Source: Chiloscyllium plagiosum
Taxonomy: Eukaryota
Direction of reading: 5' to 3'
DNA: 64,000 nucleotides
Assembly: GCF_004010195.1 (NCBI RefSeq)
Contig: NC_057718.1
Coordinates: 74,219,604 to 74,283,603 of the forward strand
The notes under the pieces are model-generated. The model worked only from the letters and a program-made list of their open reading frames with translations, did no database searches and was not told the origin of the DNA. Of this stretch, positions 10,130 to 23,088 are shown piece by piece. A program made the translations under genes and the position numbers. The stretch's first letter is position 1. Each line of letters begins with the position of its first letter.

Positions 10130-12510
10130 CTGGGAAGTCAAAAGGGAGCTACCAAAATACCATCAACATATCTCCTGTTCCTCCAGGGATAAAAAATCTT
10201 TGACCATTGTTACACAACTGAAGATGTCTACCACTTCAAAACCCATCTGCACTTTTGAAAATCAGATCACAATGCTGTGTTCTTCTTCCCAACTTACAAG
10301 CAGAAGTTGAAACGTGAGGACCCAGTATAGAAAGTAGTACAGTGCTGGTCTGAAGCAGCAAAAGAGCTTGGAATTGGTGGATTGGTCCACATTCAAGAAT
10401 TCAGCATACAATCTAGTATGCCACCACTGTAATGGACTTCATTAGCATGTGAGTACAGGACTGCTGAACAAAAAATGTCAGTCCGTATGTTCTCTAATCA
10501 GAAACCATGGATGAACTGAGAAATCCACGGTCTACTAAAAACGAGGTGTGGACTGGTCAAGTCAGACAACCGTCACCGTAACAGGAAATCTAAGACAAAA
10601 CACCAGACTAAGTTAGACCCAAACTTACCACACACCTGCCTACACGACATGACAGGCTACAAAGTGAAGCAGAACAGAATGGCCGATAAAAATACATCCC
10701 TCCTTGATGCGTTCTGATCAAACAGAAGATCAGTGAAATGGTGTCACCTGCCCCAAAGACTCAGATACATCTGTTTCCTCAATCACCACTGCAGATATCA
10801 GAGATGGAAATGTGTTGCTGGAAAAGTGCAGCAGGTCAGGCAGCATCTAGGGAACAGGAGAATCGACGTTTCGGGCATTAGCCCTTCTTCAGGCTAATGC
10901 CCGAAACGTCGATTCTCCTGTTCCCTAGATGCTGCCTGACCTGCTGCGCTTTTCCAGCAACACATTTCCATCTCTGATCTCCAGCATCTGCAGACCTCAC
11001 TTTCTCCACTGCAGATATCAGACCAGCCTTCTTGAGAGTGAACCCATGGAAAGCGACTGCCCAGACAGCGTCCTCGGCCATACATTCAGATCCTGTACAG
11101 ATCAGCTGGCGGGAGTATTCGCTGCCATCTTTAACCTCTCCTTGCTACAATCTGAAATCCCCACCTGCTTCAAGAAAATCACCATTATCCCAGTACCAAA
11201 GAAAACACATGCAATGTGCCTCAATGATTGCGGCCTGGTGGCTCAGACGTCCATAATTATGAAGTGCTTTGAGAGATTGGTCATGGCTCATATCAGCTCT
11301 AGTCTCCCAGCCTGCCTTGATCCCTGGCAAGTTGCCTACTGCACAACAGGTCCATGGCAGACACCATGTCCCTAGCCCTACATTCATTTCTGAAACAACT
11401 GGACAATAAAGGATACCTATGTCAGGCTTCTGCTTATTGACTACCGCTCAGCCTTGAACATTATAATCCCAACCAAAATAATCTCCAAACTCAAGACCTA
11501 GTTCTCTGCTCCACCATCTGCAACTAGATCCTCGACTTCCTGACCCACAGACTGAAATCAATGAGGATAGGTGACAGCACTTTCTTCACAACAATCTTTA
11601 ACACCGGCACCCTGCAAGGTGGCATACTCAGCCACCTACTGTACTCCCTATACACTCATGACTATGTCCAAATTTCATCCAAACACCATTTACAAATTCA
11701 CTGATGACACTGCCATTGTAGGCTGGATCTCAAACAATGATGGAACAGAACACAGGAAAGAGAGAGAACATTGGTAGTGTGACATAAAGATAACAATCTT
11801 TCCCTCAACGTCAGCACAATGAAATGGCTGGTCATTGACTTTAGTAAGCAAGGAAGATATTCCCCTATCTACATCAATAGAGTTGAGGTAGAGATAGTTG
11901 AGAGTGTCAAGTTCCTAGGAGTGATGATCACAATCTGCGCCAGTCATGAATACACAACAATACCTCTTCTTCTTCAGAAGGCTAAGGAAATTCGACATGT
12001 CCATAGGACTCTTACCAACTTTTATAAATGCACCATAAAAGGCATTCTATCTAGATGCATCACAACTTGCTATGGCAACTGCTCTGACCAGGGCTGTAAG
12101 AAACTACAAGAGTTGTGAACACAGCCCTGTCCATCACATGAGCCAATCTTTCATCCACTGACTTTATCTACACTTCTTGCTGCCTTGGAAAAACAACCAA
12201 CATCAAAGACCCTTCCCATATCGTTTGTAAATTCTTCTGACCACTTCTGTCAGGCAGATAGTACAAAAGCTTAAACACATGTACCAATAGGTTTAAAACA
12301 GCTTCTTCTCTGTTGTTGACTTTTGGACCTCTCAAGTTTAAAATCTAATGTTGATCTTGCTTTTGTGTGCCTTATTGCAGCCATAACTTTGTATTCCTCA
12401 CTCTGTTCTGTCACCCCATGATCTTTGTATGTTATGATCTGTCTGCATTGCATGCAAAACAAACTGCGCTGTATCTAGATATCTGTGCCAATAATAAAAT
12501 CAAAATTAAA
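10130..12510 (+). mobile_element. Rex1/Babar-type LINE remnant
   Basis: QLAGVFAAIFNLSLLQSEIPTCFKKITIIPVPKK...TSIIMKCFERLV and YKFTDDTAIVG motifs. 3' aataataaaatcaaaa tail. Confidence 0.8.
10797..11007. mobile_element. PLE-derived hairpin insertion with HHR core and 17-bp TSD
   Basis: 87-bp inverted arms at 10797-10883 and 10892-10978 with 1 mismatch and an 8-nt loop. ccactgcagatatcaga is duplicated at 10786-10802 and 11006-11022. Confidence 0.9.
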
Positions 12511-13340
12511 TAAAGAAGTTGAGTAGGATGTAAAGATGCTTCAGTACGATTTGGCCATAGTGAGTGAATGAGCAAATGCATAGCAGATGAAATGCAATAT
12601 AGATAAAAGTGAGGTTATCTAGTTCAGTAGCAAAATCAGGAAGGCAGATTATTATCTGAATGGTTAGAGATTACAAAAGTGGAAGGTGCAATGACAGCTG
12701 GGTGTGGTTGAAGACTAGTCACTGAAAGTAAGTATGTACTTGCAGCAAGCTGTGAAGAAGGCAAATAGTACATTGGCCTTCATAGCAATAGGATACAAGT
12801 ACAGGAACAGGGGTGCCTTCTTGCAATTCTACAGTGTCTTGGTGGGACCACACCTGCAGTATCGTGTGCAGTTTTGGTCTCTTTATCTGAGGAAGGATAT
12901 TCTGGTTGCAATGAAGGTTTCCCAGACTAATTCCTGGGATAGCAGGACCTACCTACGAAGACAGACTGGACCAGTTAGCATTATGTTCACTAGAGTTTGG
13001 AAGAATGAGAGAGGAATTCATAGGAACCTAGAAAATTCTAACAGGACTAGACAGTGTAAACGCAAAACCGGAGATCACAGTATGAGTAGACTTTAGGACT
13101 GAGATGAGGAGAGATTCCTTTAACCAGAGTAGTGAGACTTGGAATTTGCTACTTCAGAAAGCAGTTATGGCCAACCTGTGAATGTTCAAGGATTTAGAGA
13201 TAGTTCTGAGGGATAAAGGGATCAAAAGTTATGGGGAGAAAGTGGGAACAGGATACTAAATTGGATGATCAGCTATCATCGTGCTGAATTGTGGAGTAGG
13301 CTCAAAAGGGCTGAATGGCCTCCTTTGCTCCTGTTTTCCC
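12510..13340 (+). mobile_element. CR1 3' fragment (older family)
   Basis: QQAVKKANSTLAFIA...LVGPHLQYRVQFWSLYLRKD. Confidence 0.85.
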
Positions 13341-13344
13341 TGCT

Positions 13345-13750
13345 TGTCCTCAATTTGAACAACTTCTGCTTTAACTCATCTCACTTTCTCCAAGTCAAAT
13401 GTGTGGCAATGGTCTCAGCTATTTCTGTCTACTTGTGAAGTATGTGAGACATTTCTCCTACTCACGCCCCGACTCAACTTTTTATCCAATACAACAATGA
13501 TGTCTTGAGTGCTCTTGTTTGCCATCTCTGACAGGACTTCCTTTTCCCTCAGTGAGGAATCACCCCCACTATGGTTGACTGAATTTTCAGCCATGCCTGA
13601 TCCCTCTCCTGCACTTCTGCCCTCAACACGTCTTCTCCTTTCCAAAAGGATAGCATTCCCTTTGTCCTTACTTTCCACTCCACTAGTTCCTGCATTCAAA
13701 AGATCATCCTCTGCCAGTTCTGGCACCTCCAGCAGAATGTCACCACCATA
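13345..13750 (+). mobile_element. Penelope-like element reverse transcriptase remnant (internally deleted)
   Basis: LNNFCFNSSHFLQVKCVAMV from 13355 resembles the PLE RT motif (N.F.FN...F.Q..G.AMG). KDSIPFVLTFHSTSSCIQKIILCQFWHLQ at about 13645-13735 resembles the PLE post-RT linker. Confidence 0.7.
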
Positions 13751-14210
13751 ACGCTATAAGATATAGGAGCATCCAGTCTGCTCTGCCATTCAGAGCTGAT
13801 GTGTCTCTCAACCCCATTCCCTTGCCTTCTTCTCATAACTCTTGATTCCCTTCAGAGGCTATGCTCTCAGGTCCTAGTCTCATACACAGTACTAGTAGAA
13901 ATATCTTCTCCATTTCCACTCCTTTCAGTATCAGTCAGCTTCGCCTACTCCCTGCCTCATCTAACTCCCTGTTTTTACGATCCAAGGCACTCTCATTTAG
14001 CCAAGAAGCACTCACAGTGCAACAGGGGCTGGCTCCTTATTATAGACTCCAAAAACAATGCTTCTGACTTAAATAAAACAGTTGTTCAGTTAACCAACTT
14101 CACCTAACTGTGACTCAGCTAACTCCTGTTTCAGAAATTAACAAAAACGATAACATTTAAACAGAGCAGTTTTTAGTTACTAGATTAAAGCACTAAGTTA
14201 GCTTGAAAAT

Positions 14211-14891
14211 CATTGCCAGATCTTTCAAACAAGCACCAGGACATCGCTTGGCTGATGGTGAGAACGGCTCTGCCTGTGAGATCTTTTATGCATGCCCGGA
14301 CTCTCCATGCACAACACGCTGCCCTTGAAGTGGCTGTGGATGGGGATGAGACTATCACACCTCCTTCTGAAATGTGCCTATGCAAAGGAAGTCTGGAGAC
14401 GAATGCAGTGGTGTATGTTGAGGTTGATCTCGAGCAGCTCTGTGACGTAGGACTCTGTGCTCTGTTCTGTTGCCTGGGACGCACACCAAGATAAGCATCA
14501 ACTGTGTCTGGAGGACCATCAACTCAGCGAAAGACATTCTTTGGTCTGCCCAAACTTTACTGGTCTTTCAGTTGAAAGAGTTGGCCCTAACTGACCAGGT
14601 CTACGTGCTGAGGGACACACTGAAGTTTGGGCAACTGCTGCCACGGCATGGTGGGAAAAGACCACCGTGTAAGGTTCTTCTGCTGAAGAATAACAGGGGT
14701 CCATCCAGTAATTGGGCCCCACTGACACCTCAGATAAATGCCAAAAGGTCGGACAGTTAACATAGAGAATTGAAAACATCGACTCAGTCTGTTCTCTGAA
14801 TGTAAGGACAATATATATCTGAACAGAATCATCAACTGTACATGTACCAAGGATTTCTATGAATAAAGTATATTTTTGAAATAAACAATAA
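14211..14891 (+). mobile_element. Tx1/L1-clade LINE 3' fragment with TSD
   Basis: PDLSNKHQDIAWLMVRTALPVRSFMHAR (zf-RVT region). AATAAA and A-rich tail. TSD ttagcttgaaaat at 14198-14210 and 14892-14904. Confidence 0.85.
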
Positions 14892-17800
14892 TTAGCTTGA
14901 AAATTAGCCCTGAAATTACCACTTACTCCTTGCAACTCAACCCTTGAAACTCCCTGTTTTTACCCAACTCCAAAGTTGCATTTGGCTATATCTGTTACGT
15001 ACTGCTGACAAGAAACTAACTCCACGGTGCATCAATCATTATTGAAAAAATTATTTAATGACAAGCCTCAGCACAAGGCAAAGATGCACAGCATGGAGCT
15101 GCAATTGCCGTGACATAATCAAAGCCCGAGAACTCAAGACAATTTTCTGACAACAGTTATTGCAATTGTTTGAATAAGTTCTGAAGATGTAACCATGCTG
15201 CTACTGCTGAATATCACTTGCCTTTTATGTGGTAAATGTATTACATATTCCATAAATTGAGATTGGATTTTTCAAGATTATAGAGATTAATAAACATGAT
15301 AACATAAAGTGCATATCTTATATTAATGGTCAAGGAAGGCTATGATGTATACAGAAACTCGCAATCAACTTGAATGTAGTAGCTGACTACAAAGAATCTC
15401 AAAATCTCTGCGCAAGTTAGCCATCAGGTGTGTAAGAAATCTCATATTCATGTCAATTTAGCAATAACTCATTAAACAGGTGAAGTATCTGCATCTCAGC
15501 AGGACTTCTACTGTTTGGCAAATGCATTGAGGAGGGAAGGGTCACCTGAACTATAAAAATAAATGTGATGTCCTTACTACTCTTGCCTGGTGCTTCCACT
15601 GTTGTGCCATGCACCCTCTTTTCAGTTGTAAAGTTCCCAGCAGCTGGCTGCTGGTTTTCATCATTCTGAATGGTTCATTTTTTTTTGTCCCCTAGGTTAT
15701 AATGTAGTTGTTGTTGGTTGATGGAGTAAGGTGATGAATGACGCCTTAGGAGGTATCCAGTCATGTTCTAGTGTGTGTGTTGCAGGATTGACAAGCTAGC
15801 AGGTCTTTCCTTGCCTGTCATTTCCACACATTTTGGATGAACTTAGTGGTCTTGGCACTAACATTTTGGACACATAAGCCGATCCAGCAAGGCAAAATCA
15901 CATGCGTGGATATTAGCCACCTGGGCACGAGCAATGGCACAGTTAACACTGCGGGTAGCATAGAATAGATATACTCGCAACATTAGAAAATTGGCAAAAA
16001 TACTGTAAAACAATAAAAATATGCCAAACAAAATGTACTCCTGAGTGTTAGCCCGAGAATGAATATGGCTTGTTACATGAATGATAGAGATATCCAATAT
16101 TTCAGCAATTTAAGTATATAAGGATTGAGATGTATGTATTGCAGTCATTGGATTTACTTTCGTTGGAAGTCTGAGAGAAATGCTCTTCAACACTACATCA
16201 AAGATTTTGATATTTGTGTAAATACTTTAAGAGATGCATGGAGTCATTCCCTTAGCTTAACCTTGTTTACAACTGTCAAAAATAAGTGGAAGCACTAACA
16301 AGGCAATGGTTTCTATGAAGATATCTTAATCATGACATCTTTGACCTGTCAATATCAGTCCTGACCAGCATTGCTGGCAACCAAAATCTTATTACAACAG
16401 TCTTGTTAAAAAAGGGAAATTGTATTGGAGGGAACTATTGCTATCCTGAAACATGTGTCAAGTTCTCTGTTTTTTGGAGAGGAAAGGGCCATAAGGAAGT
16501 TTCTCGTACTGTAAATTTAAAGAATGAGATGTCAGGTTAAGAAACAGAACTGAAAACTTGTCATGAATAAATGATACAATTTTTGGTTATGCAGTGAGGG
16601 TCAAGCATCCTCACTTTCCATTGATAGTTAATCTGCTCTTTGTTGTGCAAAAAGCTGATGGTAATATTGATCAAGTCATATCTCAGAGTGAAACTTATCT
16701 AAATGGATCATAAGTTTTAGTTTTGAAGTTTGGTTAATATGGTGATTAGTCACTGAATGTATTCATATAAGGCTGCCAGTTTGCTTTTAACAAACATTAA
16801 CTACACAAAAATACTACATATATGATTGTCTGATAATGTCTTAACAGAAAAAGCAAAAAGAAAGATTCAACACCTTTCCCAGGAATATCTTTTACAATCA
16901 CTCAATCCCCGTGATGTCTTAATCCTATCTTGAACTCTTTAGTTTCTTACTCAGTTGACAAGATTGCAATTGCTTCCAATCAGTGTCTTTCTATCCATTT
17001 ACCAGATGTAATTCTCTTTGTTACTCTGTGAAACACAGGGACATGATTACTTCACTGATTTTTTTCTAACTGAATGTTAAGAAAAACTATGTCTACCTAA
17101 ACTGCTAAAAGAGTTCTAAGTCAATTTTCAGTTGTTAAAGCTTGAATTACCACAGACTAAACTTCCTTTCTGCTGGAAGGAAACTGTTCTCAAATGACTG
17201 TGGCCTCTAGTCTGTCTTTCTGTATGTTTAAATATGTAATCTGTTAACTCCCCAAGTAGTTCATCTAGTCATTTATCACTTTCTTGAAAATGATATTTGA
17301 ACTAACTGTTAAAAATTCTTATCTGACCTCTTAATGAAACAAATTAACTTCACAGAACTAAAGTCAAAACCTATTTATCTCTAAAGTCCAAATTCTCAAC
17401 TAATGATAATATATTATAAAATTCTAAAATCTTAAAATATTATATTTTAAGCAGGAGAAGGATTAGGAGAGAAACTGAGAAACAGTAGGAACCAGCTGCA
17501 AATGATTTAAATTGGGTTGTACCAACAATTCTAAGACACAGAGGGCATTCAAACCATCATCATTCCTATAATATGCAACTAGAAAACCACAAGGGATAAT
17601 TCTACCAAACACAAAACAGTTTTATTGCTTAATTTGACTATTGATTCAAAAAAATTTTTAAAAGGAGGAAGGGTTGGCAATACCAAAGTGGAAAAGCCAC
17701 TTGCACTGGGTGGGTTTCTCTATCCCTGAAGGAAGTGGGAATGAAAAATCACAGAGGCTTTCAAAATGTGGTTACTATTGTAATTTAGGAAATGCAGCAA

Positions 17801-17929
17801 TATTCAATAAAGATGTAATATATGAGGTCAATTTGCAGCAGCTTGAATTTTCATTTACTGTGGTGTCGATGTTTCATTTTATGTTAATGGAGAATAGGAT
17901 AATTTTTTTTGTAATGGGGTAATTTTGTA

Positions 17930-18145
17930 TTCAGCAGACAGGGCTTGTGATGCCTCGGTTTACAATCTCATGTGAAACATTGCAACTCCAGCAGTGCTGT
18001 ACTCCTTCAGTATTATACAGCACTGCCAGCCTAGATTTTGAACTCAGGTCTCTGTAGTGGGGTTTCAATGTGCAACTGACTAACTCTGAAGCCAATAGCA
18101 GAGAAAGGAAATAAATATTTTCTGACATCTAACTGAAGTTACAAT
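17930..18145 (-). mobile_element. DeuSINE-like fragment
   Basis: Reverse complement resembles the tRNA-like head and start of the Deu domain (GAGAT.GTAAACCGAGGC). Homologous to 38580-38880. Confidence 0.55.
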
Positions 18146-18149
18146 CATG

Positions 18150-21100
18150 GTATTGTTATTGCATAGGAGGCCATTCAGATTGTCATTTCTGTGCTGGCTC
18201 TCTGATGAGCAATTTAACCGGTGCCACCACCCCCCCCCCCCGCCTTTTATATGTGACTCTGCAATATTGATTTTTTTATATAATGATTCAATTCCCTCTT
18301 AAAACCTTTAATTAACCTTTGTCTCCATCACATTCTAATGTAGTGCATTCCAGATCCTAACTAATTGCTGGAGGAAAAATATTTTTCCTCATGTTGTTAT
18401 TGTTTCTTTTGCCATTAACCTTAAATCTGCATCATTCCACAATGGGAACAGTTCTTTTTTCCCTTTCTACTCCGTCCAAACCCCTCTTTATATTGAATTC
18501 CTCCATCAAATCTCATCATAGTTTTCTCTGAGGAAGTCAGTTCCAACTTCTCAATGCCTTTACATGCTTCCTAAAGTGTGGTGCCCAAAAGTGGACACGT
18601 ACTCCAGTTGAAGCTCAACAGTTTAACAGAACATCATTTTCTCTTTATTCTTTCACGGATATGAGATTTGCAGTCAAAATCCGCATTTGTTGTCCAACGC
18701 TAATTTCCTTCAGCTTAAGCCTATTATAAAGGACAGTTAAGAGTCAACCACATTGCTGCAAGTTTGGAATCATATATCGGCCAATCTGAGGAAACAACAG
18801 GACTTTGCTTCCCTAACGACAGAGTGAACTAGATTGAAAACTATCACTTATCACTACTCTTCATTTCCTTTTACTCAGCCCATTTTATATCCATATTGCA
18901 ATTATTCCATTAATTCCATGAGCTCTAACCTCACTTACAAGTCTGTGGTGTATCATTTCATCAAATGCTTTTTGGACATCCATTTACACCACAGCACCAG
19001 CAGTACCCTCATCAACTATCTCTGTTTTGTCATCAAAAAACTCAACCCAAGTCAGTCAAACGCAGTTTGCCATTAACAAATCTGTAGTGGCTTTCTTGAA
19101 TGAACTACATTTCCTAATTAAGATATTTTCACAGGAAACATTGCCAGGAAACAATAATTAATTTGTCCTAAATTATTGTTTCTAAAAGCCTTCTCAACTA
19201 CTAAAGCTAACCAATTTATTGAAGAGATGACCAGGTTTGTAAGTGAAGGCATTGCATTCGACATAGTTTACTTGAGCTTCAGCAAGGCTTTTTATAAGAT
19301 CCTACAAGGGAGACTGATAGCAAAGGTAAGCACCCATGGGATCCAAGGAAATTTGGTTAATTGGATACAGAACTGACTGAGTGGCAGAAAACAGTGGGTG
19401 ATGGTTGAGGGAAGTTTTGTTACTGGAAACCTGTAGCTAGTGGGGTTCCACAGGGTTCAGTTTTGGAGCCCTTGCTGTTTGTGGTTTATTTAAATGATTT
19501 TGATTTGAATGTCAGGGGTTTCATCAGAAAATGTGCACATGATATAAAAATTGATGGAGTAGTAAATAGTGAGGAAGATAGCCTTTAATTAGAGGAGGAT
19601 GTAGACAGTTTGGCCAGATGGATGTATTAGTGGCAAATCAAATTCAATCCAGATAAGTGTAAGGTGATGCACTTGAGCAAGACAAACAAGGCAAAGGAAT
19701 ACATGATGAACAGTAGGACACTGTGAGGCATTGAGGATCAGAGGGACCTTAGTGTGCATGTCCACCAATCCCATATGGTAGTGGGACAGGGTAGATAAAG
19801 TGCTAAGAAGGCATATAAATAAGCCATTATTAGCTGAGGCACAATTTAAGAACAGGGAGGATATGCTGGAACTGTATAAAGCATTGGTCAGACCACAGCT
19901 AGAGTATTGTTTGCAGTTCAGGAATCCAAATTATAGGAGGGATAAGATTGCATTGGAGAGAGTGCTGGGCTGGAACGATTCAGTTATGAAAAGCAATTGG
20001 ATAATCTGAGGGTTTTGTCTTTGGAACAGAAGGCAATGAGGGGGGACATGATTGAGATGTTTAGAATTATAAGGGGCAAGAGACAGGGCAGAGAAAAATG
20101 AACATTTCCTCTTGGTGGAAGGATCAATGCCCAGGTGGCATGGATTCAGGATAAGGGGCAGGAGGTTTAGAAGGGATACAAAGAAAGATTCTTTTTGCTC
20201 AGAGAATGGTGGGAATCTGAAACTCACTGCTTTGTAAGGGTGGTGGAAGCAGAAATCCTCGTAATATTTGAAATGTATTTAGATGTACACTTGCAATGCC
20301 AAGGCACATGAGGCTATGGTCCAAGTGCTGGAAAATGTGATTTCAATAGTTATGAAATTATATTTAACTAGCACAGACTCAATAGGCCAAAGGGATTTTT
20401 TTCTGTGTAGTAAACCTCAATGATTGTAAACTGGCTGGCTTATAGATGGGTAGCTTATTACTAAATGGGCAAATGGTAAGATTCTTGGTAGTGTAGATGA
20501 GCAGAGAGATCATGGTGTTCAGGTACATAGACCCTTGAAATTTGCCACCCAGGTTGATAGGGTTGTTAAGAAGGCATACGGTGTGTTAGCTTTTATTGGT
20601 AAAGGGATTGAGTTTTGGAACCATGAGATCATGCTGCAGCTGTACAAAACTCTGGTGCGGCCATATTTAGAGTATTGCGTACAGTTCTGGTCACCGCATT
20701 ATAGGAAGGATGTGGAAGCTTTGGAAAGGGTTCAGAGGAGATTTACCAGAATGTTGCCTGGTATGGAGAGAAGATCTTATGAGAAAAGGCTGAGGGACAT
20801 GAGGCCATTTTTGTTAGAAAGAAGAAGGTTGAGAGACGACTTAATTGAGAAGTATAAGATAATCGGAGGGTTAGATAGGTTGGACAGTGAGAGTCTTTTT
20901 TGTTGGATGGCAATGGCTAGCACAAGGCGACTTAGCTTTAAATTGAGGGGTGATAGATGTAGGACAGATATCAGAGGTAGTTTCTTTACTCAGAGAGTAG
21001 TAGGGGTGTGGAACGCACTGCCTGCAACAGTAGTGGACTTGCCAACTTTAAGGGCATTTAAATAGTCATTGGATAGGCATATGGACAAGAATGGAATAGT

Positions 21101-21186
21101 GTAGGTTAGATAGGCTTCAGATTGGTTTCACATGTCGGCACAACATTGAGGGCTCTATGTATTGTGCTCTAATGTTCTATGTTCTA
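18150..21186. mobile_element. Cluster of CR1 fragments (18150-19200 -, 19210-20420 +, 20466-21186 +)
   Basis: CR1 RT and C-terminal motifs in ORFs 19176, 19800 and 20535. TTCTATG tail at about 21175. Confidence 0.88.
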
Positions 21187-21922
21187 AATGATTCTTGAAT
21201 CCTCTGGAATCACCTTAAGAGCCTAAGATTGGAAAATTATGTCCTGTGTCTTCATAATTTTCACCAATTTCCCCTCAGTATATTTGATGCATCACAATCA
21301 ATTCTGGTATCTTACCAACTTTAAGTACAGACAGCATGTCTAATATAATTTTCTGACTAATTTTAAATCCTTCAAGTATTTAAACTCAATCTGCTTTCCC
21401 CATGACCTTGGCAGCATCTTTTTCCTTGATGAAGAGAGATATTAATACTTAATTTAGTACTTCACCATGCTCCCTACATTCATATACACATTACTTTATT
21501 AATCTCTAATGGACTCAGCTCCTCTTTTTCCTTTTCCTCTGTGTACATATTTTCAAATCAACCTGTTCAGAGAGTTATTATACACTTCTGGAGTGGGAGC
21601 AGCAGTACTTCATGGGGTTTCTAAACTTTAAAAGACTTCTAGATTTTTTATATTGTCTGCCCGTCACTTCTCATACTGTCTCTTTGCTTCTTTTATTTGC
21701 TTTTCCAATTTTCCCTCAACCTTCAATATTCAGCTTTGTTATCAGTTGTACTTTTTTCTGACATCTGCCATAAGCACACTTCTTCAGCTTCATCTTAATC
21801 TCTAACTCTTCCATCGTCCAAGGAGTTATGGATTTGTTTGCCTCACCTATCCATTATGTGGAAATATACCTGAAGGTGTCGAAATTCTGCCTTGTCTAAA
21901 GACAGCCTGAACGCACTAAGAA

Positions 21923-22241
21923 TTAGATTAGATTAGATTACATTACAGTGTGGAAACAGGCCCTTCAGCCCAACAAGTCCATGCCGACCCACCAAAGCGC
22001 AACCCACCCATACCCCTACATTTATCCCTTACCTAAGGCTACGGGCAATTTAGCATGGCCAATTCACCTGACCTGCACATCTTTGGACTGTGGGAGGAAA
22101 CCGGAGCACCTGGAAGAAACCCACGCAGACACGGGGAGAACGTGCAAACTCCACACAGTCAGTCGCCTGAGGCGGGAATTGAACCCGGGTCTCCGGCGCT
22201 GTGAGGCAGCAGTGCTAACCACTGTGCCACCGTGACGCCCA
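21923..22241 (-). mobile_element. tRNA-derived V-SINE (HE1-like), young
   Basis: Highly similar to 4663-4980, with A/B boxes and an (ATTAG)n tail on the plus strand. Confidence 0.9.
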
Positions 22242-23088
22242 TAATTCTAGTCCCTTTCCGCCTTTTATATTATCCAAATCAGGATTTAATATTTCCTCAT
22301 TGTAACTACATGATAATTCTTGAACTTGTTTGTAATTTTCTATCAAATTTGTTCCTCACAATCACTGCTATTGGATAGTGGCCAGTCTTAGTAATGTCAT
22401 TGTGCCGTTTTGTTCCTTAGCTCGAGCCAAATAAAATCTATGCTTGACCTTTCTGGGATATCTTGTTTCTTCAGAACACTCACCTTAGATTATGCTGTCA
22501 TTCCTGAACACCTATTATCAAGAAAATTTAATATCAAGTTTTACTGTTCTTTATGTCCAATCTCTGTAAAGAGATTCTTTGTAGCATATTACCATGTGGC
22601 TAACTGCATCTACAGGTCAGCAACTTTATTTTCTACACTTGTACGTTCCCATTACTGCACCATAGCCCTAATTTAGATCAATTACTTTCTTTTTTACACC
22701 AAACCCATTGCCTAGCTCCCAAAATTTTTTGCACTTTTGTATTCCCCTCTGATATTACCTCCTGGCTTCCAGATCCATGTCAAATTAGTTTAAACCCTCA
22801 AAAACAGCATTAGCAAATTAACCTGAAAGGAAATAAGTCCTGGCGTGGTTTAGGTGCATCGTCTTTGCATATATAAAGGTCACACTTTCACCCCCATGCC
22901 TATCCCAATGCCCTAAGTATTTAAAGCTACCTCTCCTGCACTTTTTCTCCAGCCATACTCTCATCTACTGTCACCTTCCATTTCTCATCTCAGTTATACC
23001 TCACCAAAATTAAGCTAGATATTACTTAGTTGCAGTCAAACTTGCTAATTTCTTATTCACCTCCCTAAATACTGACTACGGATCAAAT

